This document shows, piece after piece, positions 13,960-24,739 of a DNA stretch of 64,000 nucleotides. Position numbers and translations under genes: made by a program. Each line of letters opens with the position of its first letter. Position 1 is the stretch's first letter. The DNA is from Eledone cirrhosa (lineage: Eukaryota), in the NCBI GenBank assembly GCA_964016885.1, contig OZ024741.1:193130001-193194000 (forward strand), written 5' to 3'. The notes under the pieces are model-generated. The model searched no databases. It saw only the letters and a program-made list of their open reading frames with translations, and had not been told where the DNA came from.

Positions 13960-14900
13960 TATTACCAGTAATCTTAGCTGTTCTGATAATTTCAATATGT
14001 CATCAATTGCTCAAAACCGTTCCGACGATCTTCCCCGTTCCGGCATTCAAATTCAATTTCCTTTATTCATTTGTCTACTTCATCACTCACAACTCCAAGT
14101 ACACCGATTATGCCAAGCACAATCTTTACAGATTTCATATTCTTAATTCTCATAATCACAAATTTTAAGAGGTTGTAGTTTTCCACCTTTCCATCTGCTT
14201 TCTTCACAATCCTAGTAAAAAACGAACATGACCGACCAATCAGTATGCAAATTCTATTTACCTTTCCTATTGCTGCACTGTTTGAATTGGAAAATCTCAC
14301 AAAATCATACATGTTTCTGACTGAAGCACTCATTCTACCCGATGATTTTACCACGTAATTCCTGCTTCAAACGCTTATTTCTGACAAGGCTTCCGGTGTA
14401 AACCTTTCACAACTCGGTCATATCTCCATTTCATATATTCACTCTAGGCTAAATTGGAGCATTCTGCAACAATATGTGCCACTGTTTCACCCCCAAACTC
14501 CACATACTTTATATTTTCCAACCAAGCTCAGAATACTTTACTACGTGCATCGTCGTTGGATTCCAGAAACTGACAAAGGACAGAATTCCCTTAATCTGCT
14601 CGATGTGCTCTCTTTGAAGTTCATTTTTTGTCCCTTTTCCCAATGTCCAGTCATGATCAACTGTTACCTCACTACCTTCAGTAATTCTTTTGTGATTTTC
14701 TACAAATAATCAAATAAGCTGCTTCATCAGAAAACCCACGTAGTCACTGGATGCACTTAAAGCCTCCATCATAAATTAAAGTGTTACCAAGACTTCTATC
14801 TGTTGAGAAAAGCCTACAGAATTGCTGTCATTGCTTTACCAACACCCACACGTGATCTGAACCAACTGCGGTTAATGCAAGGATAAATCAATCTTTTAAC
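13960..14900 (-). mobile_element. Old R4/Dong-like family D C-terminal remnant
   Basis: Manual minus-strand translation near 14400-14520 gives VCGVWGETVAHIVAECSNLA*SEYMKWRYDRV; ORF 14067-14354 ends KIVLGIIGVLGVV, like the REL C-terminus. Confidence 0.7.
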
Positions 14901-14944
14901 ACCAGTTAATGCTCCGACAGATTACTGATGCTACTAGTGTTAGT

Positions 14945-15073
14945 AGCATCACGAACATCGACCAACATGAAATACAATGCATGAATAGAATAGTATCAAC
15001 CTCACAACGCAGTGACTATAAACAATATAAAGACACACAAGATTAAAACTAAGATAAATAAACAGACACTCAG

Positions 15074-15120
<47 letters not shown>

Positions 15121-15480
15121 TACATAGAGATGAAACATAAAAATCAGGATAACAAGTAATTAACTAGTGACAAACACGAAACAGAGATTAGGGAGAAAAT
15201 CAATCAATAAATAAATATATAAATAAATACATATATGCAATCTAAGTACACAGCTCACAAAGACAAGATGGTGTAAAAAAAGTACAGAGGAGGTCATAGA
15301 ATAACTAAACAATCATCCGATTATTAAACTAACCAAGTGAGAAATAATAATAAATGTCAAGTGAAGTGAAGCTAGTGCGTGTGTTTTTATTGACAACATG
15401 ACCCAATCAAAGATTAACAATATCTGCTTCAACACATGTTTTCACATAAGAATATTGCAGAACAAATGCATAAACGAAAT
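14945..15480 (+). mobile_element. 3' terminal part of the PLE family seen at 56812-58152
   Basis: gtgtgtttttattgacaacatgaccc...ttcaacacatgttttcacataagaa matches about 58055-58150; ends next to a (TA)n tract. Confidence 0.65.
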
Positions 15481-15535
15481 ACGCCCCCCCCCCCTATATA
15501 TATATAAACACAGATATATGCATATATATACATAT

Positions 15536-15704
15536 TAAAGGGTCGGATGTTATGCTTTGACGCATAGAGTTACGACCCCTGCCATTCTGAGTTCGAATCC
15601 CGCCGAGGTTAACTTTGCCTTTCATCCTTACGGGGTCGATAAAATAAAGTACCAGTAATGCACTGGGTAATTGCTGGCCGTGTGCCAAAAAGTAGAAACA
15701 ATTA
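15536..15704 (+). mobile_element. tRNA-derived CORE-type SINE (dominant family), 5'-truncated
   Basis: B box gagttcgaatcc, central gttaactttgcctttcatccttacggggtcgataaaataaagtaccag, tail gtgccaaaaagtagaaacaatt. Confidence 0.85.
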
Positions 15705-15721
15705 TATGTTTATATGTATAT

Positions 15722-16010
15722 ATGAATATATATAGTAATAATAATAAATTTGAAGACTAAAATCCAAAGATGGCTCGATAAGGATAAATATATATCAAAT
15801 ATATAAGAACCCTAGAGCAAATATTTATTAAAATAACAGATTAAAGTTTAAGCAAAGAATCGCTGCTTTCACCCTTAACGGGATCTTCTGAAACTAAAAA
15901 AAATCAGTCTGTGAACGCAGAAGTAAATATTTCGAAAAACGTTGCAACCGAAGGAAAACAAGAAGACGATACTTTTGTTCGTGGAGACGTTCCCTGGCAA
16001 TGAACGGAAA
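15722..16010 (-). mobile_element. Solo PLE terminal repeat (pLTR), copy of 22150-22433
   Basis: High-identity direct repeat of 22150-22433; abuts (TA)n. Confidence 0.75.
15845..15895 (-). ncRNA. Type I hammerhead-like motif with U4A core
   Basis: Minus strand reads AGTTT-CAGAAGA-T-CCC-GTTAA-GGG-T-GAAA-GCAG-CGATTCT-TTGC-T-T-AAACT; stems I, II and III all pair. Confidence 0.55.
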
Positions 16011-16057
16011 ATTGAACCATCAAGACCGTTGAGGTATGTCATACATCAATTCATGTA

Positions 16058-16118
16058 TTTTATCTGACGAGGACGTACTGAAAAAGCAGCACAGTACCTT
16101 CAAAATATATATAATAAA
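16058..16118 (+). ncRNA. Degenerate minimal hammerhead motif
   Basis: TTTTAT-CTGACGA-G..GTACTG..CAGTAC..C-AAAA-TATATAT-A-ATAAAA; GAAA reads AAAA (CpG-type decay); palindromic stem III. Confidence 0.5.
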
Positions 16119-16185
16119 ACATATTTTGATTATGTGAATGTCTTCATTTATTAATATTCTGAATAATATATATATATATATATTT

Positions 16186-16326
<141 letters not shown>

Positions 16327-16549
16327 TGGAGATGCCAATCGAATTATTTGAGGCTGTCAAGTCACAAGCTCTGAATGGTGCGAAAATTTAATACATTTTC
16401 ATCCAAAGTGAACAAAAAGTTCAGAAAGTGTCACACCAAGAAAAGCGACCAAATGCATATGGACATAGTTATACTACAACAACGATAAATACAAACAGAT
16501 GGAAGACTAACCTGCATGGTCTCGAGTAGATATGAATAGATAAAAATCC

Positions 16550-18300
16550 AATATATGTATTCTGCTTAAACCTTTCCTAAAACACATAAAAAGCTTCATA
16601 AGGGACGACCTTGACATGCTCAACCACCTCCAAACAACACTCAATAATGAACATACCCTACTAGTAACCTTTGATGTCATCAATTTATATTCCAATATCC
16701 CACACAACCTAGGTATAGAGGCAATACAATTCTGGCTTGAAAATTTCCCTAGTGAACTTCCACAGCGCATCCCTAAAGAATTTGTGTTGGAGGGACTCAA
16801 ATTCATCTTGGAAATCAATTTCTTCGAATTCAATGCCAAATATTACAGACAGAAATCTGGGACTGCCATGGGCACGAAATTAGCCCCCTCATACGCCAAT
16901 ATTGTCATGGGATATTTGGAAACCACTCTCTACCGCAATGTTCTAGACAAATATGGAAACCACTTCTACCAACACATAGAGAAAAACTCGAAGAGATATC
17001 TGGACGACTGCTTCATCCTCTGGCATGAAAATATAGTAAGACTTATTGAGTTTAAAACACTTCTAAATGGACTCAACACAAACATTTAATTTACAATGGA
17101 ATACAGCCATGAACAACTCCTTTTCCTTGATATCCTCATCAAGAAATCAAACAACAAAATAGAAACAGACATACTGCAAACCCACAGACTCCAAACAATA
17201 CCTCCCATTCAACTCGTGCCACCCTAGACACACCAATTCCTTATAACATAGCCAGAAGGATCTGCACAATAGTTTCAGATAAATACACATGCTACACACG
17301 ACTAGAAGAATTAAAAACACACTTATCAGCACAAACTACCCACCATCCCTAATCAACAATGGATTCCAACGTGCCCTAAACCTCGACATCCAGGAACTCA
17401 GACACCCCAAACCCAGGAATGAACTGCAACAGAAAACTCTACCATACATCTCCACACACAACCCCCTCAACAATGAGGCATTCGATACCATGCTCCAGAA
17501 CATTCCTTTACTAAAAAGAGACCCAAGAATGAACAAAATCCTCCAAATACACAACATCATAAAGAGCAAAAGACAACCTAAATCCATAAAAAACATCCTC
17601 GCACAAGCCAAAATCCAACAAACACTCACAATGAACCCTACAGTAACAAAATGCGGAAGGCCCAACTGTGGCATATGCATAAATCTAATAGAAGGTCCAA
17701 CATTCCATTTTAAACAAGGACAACATTTCACAGTTAAACACAACTTTATATGTGCATCTGAAAAAACCTAATCTATGTTTTGACCTGCTCAGGTTGTCAA
17801 GAGCACTACATAGGACAGACAAAAATCAGCCTCCTACAACGTATGGCCGTCCATAAATCACAAATCAAAATACAGGAATACAGAAAGATTGCTTTTAGTG
17901 AACATATCGCCAATTGTGCACCCAAGCAACATCCAAACTTTAAAATTTTCCCCATCTACAAATTCATAGACAACGCTACTTTCATCCATCGAACCAATAA
18001 GGAAACACATTTCATTAACAAATTTCAACCCCGACTTAATGCACTAAATATTGGACCAAACTAACAAACAATCGAACATTTACAAGAGTTAAATCCCTCA
18101 CAACCCTACCTAATCCTTTTTCTTAAATAAATTAAATATCATCCAGCATGAATTGCCTCCCGTGCATATAAACTCTCTAAAAAGGGAGATCATATGAAAC
18201 CAAAGTCCACCATTTGCCTCCATCATGGATCGACTAAGCACCCTTGCTATACTAACACATTTTGATCTGCTTAACTTAAAGAACTATGCCTGTAAATAAC
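16550..18300 (+). mobile_element. Penelope-like element, Neptune-type (RT, Cys-rich linker, GIY-YIG), 5'-truncated
   Basis: TFDVINLYSNIP, QKSGTAMGTKLAPSYAN, RYLDDCF, CGRPNCGIC, TCSGCQEHYIGQT. Confidence 0.9.
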
Positions 18301-18359
18301 ATTATTTTTTCTTTCACATTGACTTTTAATGCTCCACATACGCTCCACATACGCATGGG

Positions 18360-18433
18360 TGATGTGTTGGTGTGAATGGTAGCACAGTGGTCCGGATAAC
18401 CAAAGATGTGGGTTCGACTCCCATGTACGTCAA
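18360..18433 (+). other. tRNA-like cloverleaf (repeat head), copy 1
   Basis: Acceptor TGATGTG/TACGTCA, D arm GTGT/GCAC, anticodon arm TGGT-CCGGATA-ACCA, T arm GTGGG-TTCGACT-CCCAT; A and B boxes present. Confidence 0.7.
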
Positions 18434-18464
18434 TACTCATCTTTTTCCATTTCTCCGAGGGTTG

Positions 18465-18681
18465 TGATGTGTGGGTGTGAATGGTACACAGTGGTCCGGA
18501 TAACCAAAGATGTGGGTTCGACACCCATGTACGTCAATACTCATCTTTTTCTATTTCTCCGAGGGCTCTTAACCCCATTATCAGGCTAAATAATTTCTTT
18601 AATTTCTTTAGTCAAAATACGGCGATAGCTTACATTTCTAATAATTTCAAACCCACTAGCTGTTTCGAAAATATTCTTACT

Positions 18682-18682
<1 letters not shown>
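18465..18682 (+). mobile_element. tRNA-headed short element (second head plus body plus tail) ending in (TA)n
   Basis: Tandem head at 105-bp spacing; body homologous to 27742-27861; inverted tailless copy at 18730-18848. Confidence 0.7.
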
Positions 18683-18729
<47 letters not shown>

Positions 18730-18840
18730 ATTATTAGAAATGTAAGCTATCGCCGTATTTTGACTAAAGAAATTAAAGAAATTATTTAGCCTGATAGTGA
18801 GGTTAAGAACCCTCGGAGAAATGGAAAAAGAGGAGTATTG

Positions 18841-18913
<73 letters not shown>

Positions 18914-19089
18914 TGTAGTAAACAACATAAGATAATTATTTCATTTACCAGTGGTTTCTTGAGAGCAAACAAAATTTACTTTCATATATATATATATATA
19001 TATATATACATACATATATATATGTATATATATGTATATGCATATATACATATATACATATACATATATATATATACAGAGAGAGAGAG

Positions 19090-19184
<95 letters not shown>

Positions 19185-19383
19185 TCTATTTGGTAAAGAC
19201 ATGCCAAGTGTTTTCAAGTTCAATGTGGTTTACCTCTATATATTATAATTTAGCTTAGGCAGATTCTCCCATTTACTATATCCCTTCGCATTCCATTTGT
19301 TGAAACATGTGTAAGGCGTATGAAACTGTGTTAAATTCGTTCAGAACTCCCTTAAATATATAACGTAATATAATATAAATATA

Positions 19384-19449
<66 letters not shown>

Positions 19450-19452
<3 letters not shown>

Positions 19453-20808
19453 TTTCTGAATTTGTTTAGCAGGATTCTTTATCTGAAAACGTGTGTTGAA
19501 ACCGATATTGTTATACTTTGGGTGGGTCATGTTGCCAATAAGAAACACACGCACCATTGCTTTCACTCCAATGTATTATAAATTAAATTTATAAATTTAA
19601 GAAATTTGTAAATTTCCGGTTGGTTGGTTGGTTCCACAACAGGACGGTTGCTCATATATTGTCAAAGTTCTTTCGTCACACATTCTGTGACCTCTTCAGT
19701 GACTGGGAATTCTTTTCTTTGTTTTGTGTCTCTCCTTTGTTCTGTGCTACGCCATCTTGTTTTTGTGTGTGTTGTGTGCTTAGTTTGCGCATGTGTTACA
19801 TCCGGGTGTCTGTGTGTGTTTTTATTTGTTTATTTACATGTTACTAGTTGGTTGTTTGTTCTATGTGTGTATGTTTTCATTTTGTCCTTAACTCTAAGTT
19901 GTGATGTTGTTATTCCATTCATGTTTTCTATTTAATTTTGGTTGGAGTTCATTTATGTTTATTGCCTCTGTGATTTGTCTAAACATTGCGTCTTTTCTGT
20001 GTGTAGATTTTATTTTTATTTCTATGTTCTCTAATTTGCCCTTATTTTATCCTGTTGGTGGAGTACTGATGATTCTTTTCTATCTTAAAGCTCTCGCCAG
20101 TGTTCATTTAATCATTCTCCTATACTACGAGCTGTCTCACCTATGTACACTATATTCTTATCTTTACATTGTCCCTCAGTAAATCTTATGCTATATACTA
20201 TGTTTCTAGTTTTGCAGTTAATATGGGGGCTTAGTTTACAGTTTATACATTTCTTATCTATACAGGGAGGTTTTTGAAAAGGGTGTGTATTGCTAATAAG
20301 TGTTTTATTGAGGTACCTGGTCTTTCCACTATCTTAATATTTAGGTTAAGTTTATCTAGAGCCCTTCTAAATTTGTAAGTTAGTTCATCTCTAGGGGTTG
20401 TATTGATGAACATTACACTCTGGTATTTATTGCTATTATACCCTGAATTTATTCTATTAACCTTATTCCTAGTTCTTTCTATTCTATTCCAAAATTTGCT
20501 CCTATACAAGGGGCAGGTCCCATTTGTATCATTATTTACCATTTTTTCCCATTTGGTTCTGGCTCCTCTATACACTCTGATTTTATCTCTTTGATTGTAA
20601 CCAGAGAACTGCATACAGTGGATGAAGTGTTGTATGTGTCTCTCTAGTTCTTCGGGGTTGCACATGCGGGACACGTTCCTCATCACCCGTACTACATCCG
20701 CAATCAGTATGTTGATTTTGGTGTGATCCGAAACAGCTGAGTTTCGGTGGATCAGATATTTGGAAGTCATGAGTTTGGCATTATGCCAAACCCATGACTT
20801 CCAAAGTA
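19450..20808 (-). mobile_element. Penelope-like element (second clade), 5'-truncated, flanked by (TA)n on both sides
   Basis: ORF 20258-20770 (MQFSGY, CPLYRSK, IKIVERPG) homologous to 56812-58152, which carries the GIY-YIG domain. Confidence 0.85.
19661..19703 (-). ncRNA. Minimal type I hammerhead ribozyme motif in PLE 3' repeat
   Basis: GTCA-CTGAAGA-G-GTCACA-GAATG-TGTGAC-GAAA-GAAC-T-T-TGAC. Confidence 0.75.
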
Positions 20809-20812
20809 TAAC

Positions 20813-20843
<31 letters not shown>

Positions 20844-21325
20844 CTCTGTGTATTGTCCCTCCAAGCAATGCTAATTCTAGTGAACCGTATTTTTTATTGC
20901 TTCTATATTGTTTTGTGTTCTTGGTCTTTACTGAGGCTATTGTCGTCATCATCACGAACGCCATACTCATCCACTTTATGGCTTTATTGTTGCTATTGTC
21001 ATCATCACCACCATCAGCAATATCACCATCATCATCTATGTCTTGTAATCTATATTTAATTTCTAAACATTTCACTTACTTAGATATAATTCCCTCCAAT
21101 ATATATATTGAATGGCTTCATCAATAGTGCATCATTATATTTTATGTGTGGGTATGTGTGTGTATTTGTGTTCGTATATATATGTGTACGTATACAAAAT
21201 CATTTGCATGTTTATCTGGTATATATATTTGTGAGTATTTTTTTTTCTTGCCTGAAAAATACTTGTCAGTACAGTATGCGTTGAGAAATGTGTATTATGT
21301 GTGTGTGTGTATGTATGCATATATA

Positions 21326-21457
<132 letters not shown>

Positions 21458-22149
21458 GTAATATTCCTAATGTGTTAATCTGTTAGAATTTTGGTGTGGC
21501 TTTTCCTTAATTGATTCTATTTAAGGCCGCTGGAATTTATATTTGTACAATTTAGTTTCCAATTCTAATTTAAATGCTATGTGTAATGCTAAGATATTGG
21601 GTTGAATGATGAATTTTAAAGTGTATTGGCCAATGACTTCTAGATTCTAGCATTGATTTTGTTTCATTTCTTTATTTTACTGCTAATTCTGAATTGAATT
21701 ACTAATTGTAAATTTTTTTTTTTCCAATGATTATGGAATGATTATTTCAGGTTTTGGTAAAATCTTAGTATATTTAAAAAAATGTTATTTATGGATAGTG
21801 GGTTGATTGAATAAATACTGTGTGGGGTGATTGAATAAATACTGCCATGGCCACCGAATAGGATGGTTCTGTGTTCATTGTTTGATGGTTATATATTGAA
21901 TATTTTCTCTGTAAAATATTCTTTCTCCAGATGTTTGTTCAACTTTTATTTGATTTTGCATCAATCAATCAATCAATCATTCAATCATGCAATCAATCAA
22001 TTAATCAATCAATCTATTTACATATCCATATATCAATCTTTCTTCTCTCTCTCTCTCTCTCTCTCCCTCTCTCTCCCTCTCTCTCTCCTTCTCTCTCTCT
22101 CTCTCTCTCTCTTTATATATATATAAATGTATTATTATTACTATATATA

Positions 22150-22913
22150 TAAATATATATAGTAATAATAATAAATTTGAAGACTAAAGTCCAAAGAGGG
22201 CTCGATAAGGATAAATATATATCAGATATATAAGAACCGTAGAGCAAATATTTATTAAAATAACAGATTAAAGTTTAAGCAAAGAATCGGTGCTTTCACA
22301 CTTAACGGGATCTTCTGAAACTAAAAAAAGTCAATCTGTAAACGCAGAAGTAAATATTTCAAAAAACGTTGCAACCGAAGACAGGAAGACGATACTTTGA
22401 TTCGTGGAAACGTTCCCTGGCAAAGAACGGAAAAGAGCGAAGATAATGTGTCATTATTAGGTACGGTGAAAACAATTACGCGGAAAGACAAAACCACGTT
22501 TATGGTATAAATGAAGTCGTAGACTAATATTCTATTAGATGATTCATGGAGACGTTCTCAGGCAATGAACGGAAAAAACGAAGATAATACGTCATTATGT
22601 AGTACTATGAGAACAATTACACGCAAAGACAAAACCACGTAAATGGTATAACTGAAGTTGTAAACTAAAATTCAATTTAGGAAACCGAATGATTCTCGGC
22701 TTCAGAGTTAAGAATAAAGTAAATAAAATACAGAGGTAATTGAAATTAAATATATACATACACGCATCCATATACGTACATACACGAGCAAACGCGAAAA
22801 CACTCGCCATGGGTATGCAAATACAAGCACATACACAAAACAACATGCACGCACATACAGAACCCACGCAACGCCTGTACCCGTACACATACAAACGTAT
22901 ACACCAAATACAC

Positions 22914-22968
<55 letters not shown>

Positions 22969-24660
22969 CGTGTATACACATAAGTAAATAAACGTATATA
23001 AACATACACACATAAATACGTATATAACGCGCGCACAAACATACCTACATGTAAATACACATATGTTAGCAGAACGTTAACCAAAACACAAAGTACACAT
23101 ATATACAGACCCTACATACGTACGAACCTGCATACTCACACAGACGCAAACTCACGTATACACATAACCAAATGCACATGTACCAGTATATATAATATAC
23201 TCCATAACATAAACAAGCAAATATACGTACGAGAAAGTATACTACTTTCACGAAACATACAGGTAATATATACTTACCTATACAAATAAGTAATGGTATA
23301 AACATAACATATACTTAGCTACCACATCAAGACGTAAAATATCCGCGTATAGTTCGTACTATCCGTTAGGGTATAATGTGGGGCTGTAATACAAGAAAGT
23401 TTTATGCAATTTATGTTTACAAGCCGAAATTGCCTCAGATTTTTTGTTTAAGATGTGGTCTTTGGCGTAGAGTATTTCCATGGACTCAGCGGCACAGAGG
23501 TCACATGGTCTTTTATTTCTGTTATACAATCTAGCCTAAGCTAGGATCTCCCAGTGTAACTTATATTGGGTGTGGTTTTCTTTTAGACTCCAGATATAAG
23601 CAGAAAGTGACGTCATATTCCTTCTTAAAGGGTTAAGAAAAGAATGGGTATGCATGTAAAGACGCTGCTTGAATCTATTGGCGGTTAACCCTATGTAGGC
23701 CCTACGGGACGTGGGTGTTTCAACCTTTCATTTGTAGCCAATGTTACCAGAGAGGCATTTCCCGGATAGGGGGAGGTCATCCCGATTCCTTCAATTACAG
23801 TTAGTACTAGCTACAAGGTTTCACGTGTTCCTACGGCTAGGTAGTTTAGCTAAATTTGAAGCTGTGATGTTATGTGCAAGGTTAGGTGTCGTAGAGTAAG
23901 ACATTTTAATGGTATTTCTATTTAAAATGTTATTATATTTATGTGCTGGGGGAAATGTTTCATAATAAGGGAGAGAAAGATCTTAGCTAAAGGTGTGGCC
24001 ACCTCCATATTATATGGTGGGTTATACCATATAATGCGTCTGGACAAATCCACTCTGAGCAAGAGCTTCATTGTAATATGTGGAATGGGCGTTGAAAATA
24101 TGCTCGTTTGTAGATAGACGGGAAAGCCCCAAAGAAACGTTTCTTACCAGGTTCTTGGTTATGCTGGCAGGATGGTTAGAATGTTTACTTATGTAATTAA
24201 GCGTATCATTCGGCTTTCTATTCGGGTAGTGCAAGCCATTCTACAAATTGAGGGTAACGTCGAGGTAATTAACGACCGAGAGGTTGGTCTGAACCTGTAT
24301 GGAGAGGTTGAAGCCTTTAAAGAAGGCTGTGAGTACTTTTCTGAACCTGTCGCAAGCACGTGGCCGCACTTTATCATGGTCAAAAGACCGTCATCACGGT
24401 ACAAACCACCGCCCACGTTGGGGAATTCTTCCTTGATAGAGAAAAGAAGGAAACGGCCGATAAGATCAGTAACCTCCGCCGAATCGCTGGCGCCCATACT
24501 CACGTCGAATGGGGTATTATTAGATTTTTTAATCCAAATAGAGTCGTCGAAATTAATCACCGACTTACGGGCATTGAGGATGACATCAACTTCGAAATCC
24601 TTAACCACTGTGAGTATAGCAGCGATTCTTTGCTTAAACTTTAATCTGTTATTTTAATAA

Positions 24661-24665
<5 letters not shown>
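22150..24665 (-). mobile_element. Penelope-like element (third clade, Nematis-like), 5'-truncated, with an inverted partial pLTR at its 5' end
   Basis: FDVSMGASDSAEVTDLIG, GLYRDDGL, YISKHSNHP; GIY-YIG remnant (AYIGLTANRFKQR..H) at about 23480-23770; 24620-24663 is the reverse complement of about 22250-22293; (TA)n on both sides. Confidence 0.85.
22272..22322 (-). ncRNA. Hammerhead-like motif with U4A core, second copy
   Basis: Same fold as 15845-15895 with two substitutions; CAGAAGA retained. Confidence 0.5.
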
Positions 24666-24724
<59 letters not shown>

Positions 24725-24739
24725 ATAATAACAAAATGG

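Noticed and set aside
18360-18537. Functional tRNA-Ser(GGA) genes
   Set aside because: Short variable arm unlike Ser tRNAs, C at position 33, mismatched top of the anticodon stem, and embedded in a repeat family; treated as a tRNA-derived head.
18586-19581. ORFs with YIYI, SLSL or RERE runs (many across the window)
   Set aside because: Translations of dinucleotide microsatellites.
22400-22670. Spaced repeats as a CRISPR-like array
   Set aside because: Ordinary ~140-bp tandem duplication in a PLE 3' UTR; no unique spacers or cas genes; eukaryotic context.
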